A stretch of DNA of 64,000 nucleotides from Escherichia coli (GTDB taxonomy: Bacteria > Pseudomonadota > Gammaproteobacteria > Enterobacterales > Enterobacteriaceae), in assembly GCF_024502345.1 (NCBI RefSeq), contig NZ_JALDNN010000003.1. One strand, 5' to 3'. Below, one piece after another: positions 45,571 to 54,476 of the stretch. Every line of letters begins with the position of its first letter. Positions within the stretch are counted from its first letter, which is position 1. Under the pieces are notes generated by a model. That model ran no database searches. It saw nothing but the letters and a program-made list of their open reading frames with translations, and was not told the origin of the DNA. Position numbers and translations under genes: made by a program.

Positions 45571-46647
45571 CTACTCACTTGTTAACAGGTCACGAATTTC
45601 ATGCAGTTCTGTAACCTTAGATTTTGGAATGATGATAGCAGTATTTTCATCATTCAGAAGGCTTAATAAAAGCTGGAGTTTTGCTTCATCTAGAGTGATC
45701 TTTACACTTTCCGTTGTCTTTGTGATGGAAGTGCTGCTGATGTTCGTAAATAAATTGGAATGTTGTCCGTCGAAAATTAATTCGGTGAGTTTATTACTGT
45801 CGTTTAGTGCTGGCCGTACAGTATCAATCAGCCCGATAAATTCAGTTTTTAAGCGTTCAGTTTTTTTATGAGAAAGCCGTTTAATACCCAATGAACTGCG
45901 AGTGATGGATTTTGTTTTAACTTCCTTAGGAATAACATGAACAGGGAGTGTTTCCGGGTTATCTAGTTTCTCATCGTTTGATGATGTTTGAACGCTTGAT
46001 GTCTTAGATAAAACAGGTTCTGGTTCAGTTGATGGTACTAAAAGAGAACACGATTCCAAATGTGCAAGGACTTTTGCATGGTCATTGGAATACTTCAACA
46101 TGATCTCAATCGCGAGTGTTTTTTTAATCAGGTTTAGACTGATTAAACGTTGTAGTTCTAAAGGCATATCAAGGATTTTAAGCTGGTTACGAATAGCAGT
46201 GCTAGACCGTTGATAGCGCATAGCAAGGGATTCAACGGTAGAGCCAAGCTTCAGCGCCTCTGCCAGTGCATAAGCTAAGGCTACGGGATTAAGACCGTTA
46301 TTCCTATTCCCATCAAGGTTCTCCAGGTATTCTTCACTTTTATTCTTATAGTTCATAACAACTACTGAAATGAGCTGAATATCAGCTCCTTCCGCAAGAG
46401 CAAGAGATAGTGCTCTGTAACGGCAATGCCCCTGCCTTACAACGTAATTGGAGTCTTTCTTAACAACCTTAATTAAATCGACTCGTCTGCCCTCTTTATA
46501 GGCTTGTTTAATAGAAACAATGGTCGATTTTACTGGTTCCTGTTCATAACAAAGTTCACCAATTACCGCTTCACGTGGATTGAATCCAGATTCGATAAAA
46601 AGTGCTTTAGGACTGATCTCAATAATCTGATAGTCGCAGTGATTCAT
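45571..46647 (-). CDS. ParB/Srx-fold (KorB-like) protein, paralog 3, 358 aa
   Basis: GFNPREAVIGELCYE...RQGHCRYRALSLA plus an HTH-like region. AAGGAGG RBS. AT-rich codon usage, unlike paralogs 1 and 2. Confidence 0.8.
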   Translation of the reverse strand: MNHCDYQIIEISPKALFIESGFNPREAVIGELCYEQEPVKSTIVSIKQAYKEGRRVDLIKVVKKDSNYVVRQGHCRYRALSLALAEGADIQLISVVVMNYKNKSEEYLENLDGNRNNGLNPVALAYALAEALKLGSTVESLAMRYQRSSTAIRNQLKILDMPLELQRLISLNLIKKTLAIEIMLKYSNDHAKVLAHLESCSLLVPSTEPEPVLSKTSSVQTSSNDEKLDNPETLPVHVIPKEVKTKSITRSSLGIKRLSHKKTERLKTEFIGLIDTVRPALNDSNKLTELIFDGQHSNLFTNISSTSITKTTESVKITLDEAKLQLLLSLLNDENTAIIIPKSKVTELHEIRDLLTSE

Positions 46648-47044
46648 ATAACCTCCTTTTTATTACATGATACATTAATTGACTCAGTTTCAAATAACCC
46701 AAAAGCAAAAAACAATTAATTCGGTGCTTGACTGTAATTTTAGTTATGAAGGAATTAGGCCATTTTAATTTAAAATTTTTAAATCTGAATGGTTTGAAAT
46801 TAATATATCTTAAAAGCTTCAGATTGATTGATACTTCTTCCGGCTGCATTCCCTACTTGGCTAGAGTCCGAACCTGAACTTTTTAGGTCAGAGTTGGTTA
46901 ACAGACGGAATTTATCCACGTTTTCCACAAGTTAGATCAATTCTTTAGATCAAGAGAGATCAAGAGAGTACAAAAAAGATCACAGGTTCCGTAAATGACT
47001 GATTTTATTATGGAATAAGCATGATCAGGCATTCAGGTGCATGT

Positions 47045-47130
47045 AAAAAGCATTTGATTGAATAAGAAAAGCATTTACTTGAATTGAAAAGGCATTTAGT
47101 TTAATGCGAGAAAAGCATTTGCACGAATAA
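47045..47130. repeat. four closely spaced iterons (AAAAGCATTTR) in the rep promoter region
   Basis: aaaagcatttgattgaat / aaaagcatttacttgaat / aaaaggcatttagtttaat / aaaagcatttgcacgaat, with a period of about 22 bp. Confidence 0.75.
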
Positions 47131-47181
47131 TCTATTCACATCTAAATGTATCAAGGGATAAACCATGGTGGGTAAATTTAA

Positions 47182-48057
47182 ATGAGTGATAACAATGAGG
47201 TAACACATCCTTTTGATGTGACCAACACGGAGACAGGGAAGACTTATCAACTGAGTCCAAACTCTTCGAAATCGGTCCAACCCATTGCTTTACTGCGCTT
47301 AAGTGTTTTTACCCCGGTGGGAACTAAAGAGAAGCGATACAGAAATTTTGAGGTTGACGCTTCTGATGAGTTGTCGAGCATGGAGCTGGCCCGTTCAGAA
47401 GGATACGATGACATTCGGATCACTGGTCTTAAGCTTTCGATGTCAACCGATTTTAAGTGTTGGCTCGGTTGCATAATGGCGTTCAGCAAATATGGTTTCG
47501 CTTCCGATAAAATCACATTGTCATTCAATGAGTTTGCAAAAATGTGTGGTATCAGTTCTACAAACATAAACAAGCGAACTCGCTCACGATTTCAGGAGGC
47601 GCTAGCAAACCTAGCTTCCGTTGTGATTTCTTTCCGTGATTCAAAAACTGAACGTTTTACTGTCACGCACCTTGTGCAGAAAGCAGTGATTGATCCTAAG
47701 AAGGACACCGTAGAGTTGGTGGGCGATCCCTCAATGTGGGAGCTTTACCGGTATGATCATAAAACCTTACTTAGTTTGCAGGTGCTTTCGGTTCTCGCTA
47801 AAAAAGAGGCAGCACAAAGCCTGTACATATATTTTGAGGCGATGCCTGCCGGTACGTTATTCGTAAGCATGAAGCGTTTGCGTGAGCGACTTCTGTTGAC
47901 GACTCCTGTACGAACTCAAAACCAGATCATCAGGAAGGCGATGCTGGAGTTAAAATCAATAGGATATCTTGAATATCAAGAGGTTAAGAAAGGTAGAGAT
48001 ATCCAGTTCCAGATTTTTAAAAGAAGTCCAAAACTTGCTCTGGCAAAACACAGTTGA
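47182..48057 (+). CDS. iteron-type replication initiator (RepHI1-type), 291 aa
   Basis: Homolog of 33521-34402, flanked by its own distinct iterons. Confidence 0.85.
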   Translation: MSDNNEVTHPFDVTNTETGKTYQLSPNSSKSVQPIALLRLSVFTPVGTKEKRYRNFEVDASDELSSMELARSEGYDDIRITGLKLSMSTDFKCWLGCIMAFSKYGFASDKITLSFNEFAKMCGISSTNINKRTRSRFQEALANLASVVISFRDSKTERFTVTHLVQKAVIDPKKDTVELVGDPSMWELYRYDHKTLLSLQVLSVLAKKEAAQSLYIYFEAMPAGTLFVSMKRLRERLLLTTPVRTQNQIIRKAMLELKSIGYLEYQEVKKGRDIQFQIFKRSPKLALAKHS

Positions 48058-48530
48058 TGCTCCGGGTATAGTACGCACAAAAGTTACTTTGGATGTAATG
48101 AGGAGTATGGGCATTCATCCAAATGCTTTTTAATGTTTCTCCGGATTTGAACACCCTTCCCTGTTTCCAAACTTCCTATCATTTCTGATACCCGGGTTCT
48201 TCTGGTATTCGTTCGAATGCTTTTCAGAAAAAATCATGCTTGCTAGTTGAGACAACGTAACCTATTCATTTTGCTAGTTTAATAAGACTCATTCATACAT
48301 ATGCCTTTAACTACACTACCCTCCATCGTGTTGTATTGGGCTTTAAACGCAAATCCCTATACTCCTTGTGCCACTCGGCGTATTTACAGTTCCTTAACGC
48401 CTGCAAACGACTGGGATATGAGCCTGGTCGACGGCATTTTATGAATATGCAGGCCAATGAAGGACCTAGAGAAATAACATAACATTCTGATAATAAATGA
48501 AAATTACTCAAATTGGATATCAAGGAGATG

Positions 48531-49141
48531 AAAAGCATTTGTTTCAATGGAGAGCAAAAAAGTGCCTTTTGTATAAAAGCATTTGCTCCAATGGCGGCAG
48601 AAAAGTGCCTTTTGTATAAAAGCATTTGCTTCAATGGCGGCAGAAAAGTGCCTTTTGAAAAAAGCATTTGTATGAATGCTGCGGTGAAAGTTGCTTTTGG
48701 TCGGGAAGCAGGGCTCGCAAGGGACAGTGTAAGGTGCCTTTTTTCGAAAAGCATTTGCACGAATAGGAGAATGCAAGTTGCCTTTGGTCGGAAAGCATTT
48801 GAATGAATGGGGAAGTGTAAGTTGCCTTTGGTTGGAAAGCATTTGCATGAATGAGTCCCTGATAGGTGTCTTTGTTTGAAAAGCATTTGCATGAATGGAT
48901 TCAGAAGAAGTGACTTTTACGATAAGCATTTGAATGAATGGGCACCGCAGACGCGCATTCCCCAATCAGCATTTGAATGAATGAGCTCCGCAGTTTTGCT
49001 TTCATCGAACAGCATTCGTATGAATGTGCTCCGCAGAGGTGGCTTTCATTGAAAAGCATTTGTATGAATGGGGGATACATAATCCTTGTGGGTGAAAAGC
49101 ACTCGCATCAATGGGGGAAAAGTGACTTTTGGAATGTCATC
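48531..49141. repeat. origin iteron array, about 14 units with a period of 41-44 bp (AAAAGCATTTGYATGAATGG plus an AAAAGTGCCTTTT-type spacer)
   Basis: Unit starts near 48531, 48575, 48618, 48659, 48747, 48791, 48835, 48879, 48923, 48967, 49010, 49052 and 49095, plus one degenerate unit near 48703. The array ends in GAAAAGTGACTTTTG at 49127-49141. Inverted single iterons lie at 48111-48130 and about 48212-48229. Confidence 0.8.
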
Positions 49142-49410
49142 CTTACCGTGTCCTTTGTTAAATATCTGGCTGGATGAATGCCATAAAAATGGTAAAGGGG
49201 CAGACGATGCCCCTCTTCCCTATTTGGCATGTTAATTAAACGCACCTTCTTTAATCCGATTACATGCGGGATTCTTTTCTGACATTCGATGGCTAAAAAA
49301 ACACCAAGCGCAATTAAGTCAAAAAAAAGGTGGTTAACAGAAAAATGAAAGAAAAATAAAAAGTATTATGCCAATGCGTTTTCGTGAATTCAAATCAACA
49401 CGGAGTAATT

Positions 49411-49764
49411 ATGGAACTGACATTGAATACTAACGTTGAAAGAGGAAAAACTAACGCTTTTGCATTTTTGAAGTCCAAACATGCAAAAGTGCCTTTGTTT
49501 ATTCTCTTGGTTTTAGCAAATTGCAGTTTTGCGTACGCGGGTTCCGATGATGGAGCCTTCGGCGATATCTGGGCCTACATGAGCGAAGCCTTGACTGGTG
49601 CGCCGGGTAAAATCATCGCGTGCGGCATGTTGTTCTCGGTGGCTTATTTCGGCGTTGTAAAACCTAACCTTGGTTTGGCGCTGGTATCAGCATTAATGAT
49701 GCTGGTTATGGCAAACGGTGAAAAAATTATCAGCTCGTTCCTGGATGCTGGTATTCCTCTGTGA
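49411..49764 (+). CDS. trhA: conjugative pilin precursor, 117 aa
   Basis: First gene of the trh operon. It has a long leader ending ...CSFAYA and two hydrophobic helices. GGAG lies 7 nt upstream of the ATG; the track ORF starts at 49384. Confidence 0.75.
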   Translation: MELTLNTNVERGKTNAFAFLKSKHAKVPLFILLVLANCSFAYAGSDDGAFGDIWAYMSEALTGAPGKIIACGMLFSVAYFGVVKPNLGLALVSALMMLVMANGEKIISSFLDAGIPL

Positions 49765-49815
49765 TTTGTTAGAACAATAACAATGAGGGGGATATTCCCC
49801 CTCTCTGGAGTTTTT

Positions 49816-50133
49816 ATGACAAGCCAGTACGAGATACCGCCACATACATATCGCTTTCCATACAGAATAAATATGCCGTTACTAATTCTATTCTGGGATG
49901 CAAAGCAATTGGGTATAACATTCGTGACTATCGCGAGCGGTAATATTTTTGATTTCTTTATAACTTCGGTAGTTGTGGCGGTGGTGTTCTGGTTTGCATA
50001 TAAGAAAGCAGCAGAGGAAGGGATTAGAGGAAAACTAAAACACAAACTGTGGTGGTACGGCTTTTTTCCTGGAAAATCGGTGTTTAGTAGTCGTTACTTT
50101 ACCGATCCATTTATCAGAAACCTCTATTCTTGA
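49816..50133 (+). CDS. trhL: TraL/VirB3-like mating-pair-formation protein
   Basis: YRFP motif followed by hydrophobic helices. Position after the pilin gene. GGAG RBS. Confidence 0.7.
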   Translation: MTSQYEIPPHTYRFPYRINMPLLILFWDAKQLGITFVTIASGNIFDFFITSVVVAVVFWFAYKKAAEEGIRGKLKHKLWWYGFFPGKSVFSSRYFTDPFIRNLYS

Positions 50134-50144
50134 TGGAGCTAAGA

Positions 50145-50930
50145 ATGAAACTTCTCAGCAGGTTAAAAATTCCATTCATTAAAAATTCCAGTAATGGCGA
50201 TTTTGATAACAAGGATGAGACTTCGCAAAAAGGAGGTGAAGAAGTAAAAGGAAGTTTTCTGGATTCAAAAGCACGCTTTAGTAAAGAAATTGAAGGTTCT
50301 GAAATTGGAATTACATATAGTGCATTGATTAAACGCGACGAAAAACTCCTACGTGTGAATACAGTTGCAATGATCATTATTGGGGTTCTGGTTGTAAAAA
50401 ATCAATTTCTCACTGATCCTGTGACTATAGTGCTACCGCCAAATATGACGGAAGAAGTCAAAGTTGTTGGAAATAAAGCCTCAGAATCATATAAAACGCA
50501 GTGGGCCTTATTCTTTAGTACTTTGATTGGAAACATAAACCCAACAAACATCGGTTTTGTTACAACAACTATATTGGATGCGCTTTCTCCGGATTTACAG
50601 GCAAAGACCCGGGAATCACTACAGCAGCAAACCAATATAATGCAGGCTCGTGGTGTAGAGCAGTCATTTAAGCCGATCGATATGTATTACGACACCAAAA
50701 ATGACATGGTCTATGTCTGGGGAACAAAGTCAACTCGTTTGATTAATGTTCCGGACAAAACTGAATCATCCAAATGGACGTTTGAATGGGTCCTGGGAAT
50801 GAAAAATGGACGACCGCGCATAGCCTATGTGAACCAGTATTCAGGTACACCAAATATTAAGAAAATTACAATCAACGGCAAAGAACAACTGGCAACACTC
50901 GATAATCCGCCGCCGTCAATAGGTAACTAA
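50145..50930 (+). CDS. trhE: TraE-like mating-pair-formation protein
   Basis: Single N-terminal TM segment and conserved gene order. GGAG lies 6 nt upstream of the ATG at 50145. Confidence 0.7.
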   Translation: MKLLSRLKIPFIKNSSNGDFDNKDETSQKGGEEVKGSFLDSKARFSKEIEGSEIGITYSALIKRDEKLLRVNTVAMIIIGVLVVKNQFLTDPVTIVLPPNMTEEVKVVGNKASESYKTQWALFFSTLIGNINPTNIGFVTTTILDALSPDLQAKTRESLQQQTNIMQARGVEQSFKPIDMYYDTKNDMVYVWGTKSTRLINVPDKTESSKWTFEWVLGMKNGRPRIAYVNQYSGTPNIKKITINGKEQLATLDNPPPSIGN

Positions 50931-50932
50931 TT

Positions 50933-52165
50933 ATGACTTCAAAAAAGGTTTTTCACTGCACCGCGATTACAGCAGTGATTTTGCTGGCAACTTCGAATGT
51001 GGTATTTGCTGAAGACTATCAGTTACCGGCGACAGTAAATAATCCGGTAGTTATGCCTGTCGGGGCCGATGAATTTCAGAACGGTGTGAAAAATGCGATA
51101 ATTAAAGACACTGGCACTACGACTGAGACCGTACAAGCAACAAAACCGACAACTGCTCTGCCAAGTCTTTCACCTGCAAGCAGTGCTTCTCCCGCAGTCA
51201 ATGAAATAACCGGGGCGTTGTCAAATAACCCTACTCTAGCTGGTTACCAGCAACAGGTTAAATCAGGAAATTTTGATAGTTACGGAAGACCAGCAGGGAA
51301 AGAACCTCAACAAAATGCACAAAGTACCGGGTCCCCTTCAAAGGCAGATGAACTTTATGTTGAAGCACGTAATCGCTATAAAGAAGTACAACGAGTAAAC
51401 GTTCCGCCTGGTGGCAATATTGTACTCCCGGTTTCTCGGGGGCTGCAAAACAGAATTTCGACTTCATTTAAAAATGCATCTGTAAGTACTTCAACGCCAG
51501 CTGATGAAGCCAGTATTTTCGTTAATGGCGGGGATGTTTTTATTTCAACAAATACAGATAAGCCTATAGGAATTATGCTTTCAGAAGATTCAGTTCCTGA
51601 ATCTACTTATAACCTGACACTGGTTCCACTGGATGTACCAGGGGCGATGATTTCAGTAACAACTTCTTTGAGCCCGACAATGCAGGCAAAACGAGAAACT
51701 TCTCTTGATAAACAAAATTATGATGAGATGCTGGCACGCTCACAATCAGAAGAGTTGACTCCTTCAGACCCTCGGCAGGATGACCATAAACAGCGGATCA
51801 TTGATTTGTTGACTCCGGTTGCACTGGGTGAGGTTCCTTCTGGTTTCAGTTTACAAGAAGACCGCTTGTCACGCATACCAAGCTCAGAGCAGTCCCCATG
51901 TAATTTCAATATGTACGCCAAGTTAGGTCAAAGACTGGTGGGATCTCGGGAATTGATAGATGTCGTTCTTGTTAAGAATGATAAGCCTTACGGACAGGTA
52001 GTGGCTGATCAGCAATGTATAACTGAAGGCGTGGTTGCAAGCGCTCTATTCGATAAAGCATTCCTTCAGCCCGGGGAAGAGACCGAACTTTATATTGTGC
52101 GGGATAAATTATTTAAAGAGCGTCAGACTCGTGTTACTACGCGCCCAAGCCTGATTAAAAGATAA
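50933..52165 (+). CDS. trhK: TraK-like periplasmic/outer-membrane ring protein, 410 aa
   Basis: Signal peptide, and position between the traE-like and traB-like genes. Confidence 0.7.
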   Translation: MTSKKVFHCTAITAVILLATSNVVFAEDYQLPATVNNPVVMPVGADEFQNGVKNAIIKDTGTTTETVQATKPTTALPSLSPASSASPAVNEITGALSNNPTLAGYQQQVKSGNFDSYGRPAGKEPQQNAQSTGSPSKADELYVEARNRYKEVQRVNVPPGGNIVLPVSRGLQNRISTSFKNASVSTSTPADEASIFVNGGDVFISTNTDKPIGIMLSEDSVPESTYNLTLVPLDVPGAMISVTTSLSPTMQAKRETSLDKQNYDEMLARSQSEELTPSDPRQDDHKQRIIDLLTPVALGEVPSGFSLQEDRLSRIPSSEQSPCNFNMYAKLGQRLVGSRELIDVVLVKNDKPYGQVVADQQCITEGVVASALFDKAFLQPGEETELYIVRDKLFKERQTRVTTRPSLIKR

Positions 52166-52166
52166 T

Positions 52167-52607
52167 ATGAGAAAAGCTACTTTTCTTACAGTGATCTCGT
52201 TTGGTTTAGTTGTCTTTTTGGGTACCAGTTATTACTACCAAACTAAGTATATCCCGAAAGGCACCGTGAATATATTTCCTGATGTCCACCGACAGGGTGA
52301 GATCGTTGATGATGCCTTTGAGAAAAGCACGATTGTTATAAGCGACCCAACGCTTGCGGATAAATTTGTTGGAAGTTCAACCGAGTCTGTCGGTCGGCAT
52401 GAAGTTAATGTAATAAAAGAATTGGGCACGCAAAATAATGGTTCGAAATTTGTTCATGATGAGTCTGATAAATCAGGTTTGACGGTTGGAGATAAATGGC
52501 CTAGGGCTGGTGAACCTTATATCGTGCCTCAGATGACAGAATACGAGCGGAATTTGAAAGTTAAGCGATTCCAGCAACCAAAGAATGGAGTTAATAATGG
52601 ACATTAA
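52167..52607 (+). CDS. exported protein of unknown function in the tra operon, 146 aa
   Basis: N-terminal signal/TM segment MRKATFLTVISFGLVVFLG. Tightly packed in the operon. Confidence 0.6.
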   Translation: MRKATFLTVISFGLVVFLGTSYYYQTKYIPKGTVNIFPDVHRQGEIVDDAFEKSTIVISDPTLADKFVGSSTESVGRHEVNVIKELGTQNNGSKFVHDESDKSGLTVGDKWPRAGEPYIVPQMTEYERNLKVKRFQQPKNGVNNGH

Positions 52608-53955
52608 AAAGGCCTGGGAAAATAAAACTGTCAGAATCTCAGTAATTGGTGCTGCATTGATGGTATTGATTGTTGTCATCAGTCAATCAATCTTTACCAC
52701 ACCAGTTAAAAAAGAGAAGAAAACCCAGAAAAAAGATATGCAAACTGGATTCCTTATTGATGATTCACAAATGAACAAGCTGAGTAATGAGGAAAGCCAG
52801 AAGACTTATAACGAAATGGTAAGGCAGAACCGTATTGACCAGAACGCTGCCAAGGCTGACCGTGACAAAGCTGAAAAGGCTCAGCAAGAAAACAAAGCAC
52901 AGATAGCCAGTCTTGCTTCGCAAGTTCAGCAACTCACTACGCAGTTGACTGAAATGCAGACCTCAAGAAATGGTAATCGCAATCTCGATGCAGGCGGACC
53001 ACGCAACAACGTCAATGAACAAGCCCCAGCAAAGCCATACCAGCTTAATCCAAATGCAGCGGTGAACGGGGTTAGTTCTGGATACGCACCTATATCTCCG
53101 ACCCGAAACAGTCCAATGCGGACAATAACACAGAGTTCAATTAAGACAAACGGCACTGATGGTGTCATTCAGGTGATGCCGATATCAGAGAACCGGATCA
53201 GAGAGGGGCGCGAGGTTGTTGCGGGAAGTGAAAAGGCCCCAACGCGAACTATTCGCGGCGATGGGACTGCACCTGTTGATAGTAAAGCTCGTCATGCGGC
53301 CCGTAAGGATGAAATGTTTCTTCCAGCGACGTCAATTATTACTGGGGTGCTAATTACCGGGCTGGAAGCTCCAACGAGTTTGTCCTCTAAAGCAGAACCG
53401 ATGCCGGTTACCATGCGCATTAAAAAAGACATCATCATGCCTAACAATTACACGATGGATTTGCGTGATTGTAATTTATTGGGTTCTGCTGTGGGGGATC
53501 TGGCATCTCAGCGTGCGTACATTAGGGCAACCTCCATATCGTGTGTCAACTCGAAAGGAAAAGCATTCGACGTAATAGTGGAAGCTTATGCGGTTAGTGA
53601 AAATGACGGGAAAAATGGCATTCGTGGGAATCTGATAAGCAGAAATGGAAATGCGATTGCAGGTTCTGCGTTTGCAGGAGGGCTGTCAGCATTGGCGGGG
53701 AGTCTGAGTCCATCAAAGGTGTCTTCGCTTAATATAGATCCAAACTCTACGGCACAATACCAATCGCCAAACATAGGTGCATTAGGAGCGCTGGCCGGAG
53801 CCGGTGCAGCTCAGGGGGGTCTAAACCGTCTTGTGGACTACTATACGTCAATAGCTGAGCAGCAGTGGCCAATTGTAGAAATTAGCCCAGGGCGCCCAAT
53901 TACTTTTGTCGTTCAAAAAGGGGCGACAATACCTACAAACCTGACAAGCCGCTGA
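52597..53955 (+). CDS. trhB: TraB/VirB10-like mating-pair-formation protein, about 452 aa
   Basis: N-terminal TM segment, a coiled-coil/proline-rich linker and a conserved C-terminal domain. GGAG lies 6 nt upstream of the ATG at 52597. Confidence 0.75.
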   Translation: MDIKKAWENKTVRISVIGAALMVLIVVISQSIFTTPVKKEKKTQKKDMQTGFLIDDSQMNKLSNEESQKTYNEMVRQNRIDQNAAKADRDKAEKAQQENKAQIASLASQVQQLTTQLTEMQTSRNGNRNLDAGGPRNNVNEQAPAKPYQLNPNAAVNGVSSGYAPISPTRNSPMRTITQSSIKTNGTDGVIQVMPISENRIREGREVVAGSEKAPTRTIRGDGTAPVDSKARHAARKDEMFLPATSIITGVLITGLEAPTSLSSKAEPMPVTMRIKKDIIMPNNYTMDLRDCNLLGSAVGDLASQRAYIRATSISCVNSKGKAFDVIVEAYAVSENDGKNGIRGNLISRNGNAIAGSAFAGGLSALAGSLSPSKVSSLNIDPNSTAQYQSPNIGALGALAGAGAAQGGLNRLVDYYTSIAEQQWPIVEISPGRPITFVVQKGATIPTNLTSR

Positions 53956-53963
53956 GAATAATT

Positions 53964-54476
53964 ATGGAAAATAACAACGACAATGAATCACCAAAAAAGA
54001 GTGAGTCTGCTGATAGCTTAAATATCGACGCGGCTAAACCGGTTGGGGGTATACGTACTACCAAAAAAGTAACTTTAGAGATCGATATCGAGAAAACTCT
54101 TAAGTATCTGATGGTCGCAGGCCTGGCAGTTCTTATCGTGATCTATGGATACAAGGGTGGACGTTTTGTATATGACAACTTCAAAGCAATGTCGCAACCG
54201 GCCTACCAGATTGCCGTGCTGGATATGCAAACTTTAAGAAAAGTATTTAATAAGCAAAATCCGGTGTTGGATTCGCAGCAATCCAAAACTAACTTTGAAA
54301 ATTATTTTAAGGCATTAATGAAGGTTTACCGTGAACGTGGCTATTTGGTTATTGATGCATCCTTGGCAGTAACTATTCCAGAGAATGTTGAAATAGTCTC
54401 TTATATCGACCTTGGTGGAAGTTTTGGTGAGGTACAATCTCTTCCAGGCGAACCTAAAGAAAGTGAGATTCGATAA
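53964..54476 (+). CDS. membrane-anchored tra-operon protein of unknown function, 170 aa
   Basis: Single TM segment (YLMVAGLAVLIVIYGY). Confidence 0.6.
   Translation: MENNNDNESPKKSESADSLNIDAAKPVGGIRTTKKVTLEIDIEKTLKYLMVAGLAVLIVIYGYKGGRFVYDNFKAMSQPAYQIAVLDMQTLRKVFNKQNPVLDSQQSKTNFENYFKALMKVYRERGYLVIDASLAVTIPENVEIVSYIDLGGSFGEVQSLPGEPKESEIR

Noticed and set aside
48311-48965. ORFs of 193, 153 and 97 aa across the second replicon's iteron array.
   Set aside because: Their sequences are repetitive translations of the 42-44-bp iteron units (…KAFA/NAF…). They are artefacts of the origin repeats.
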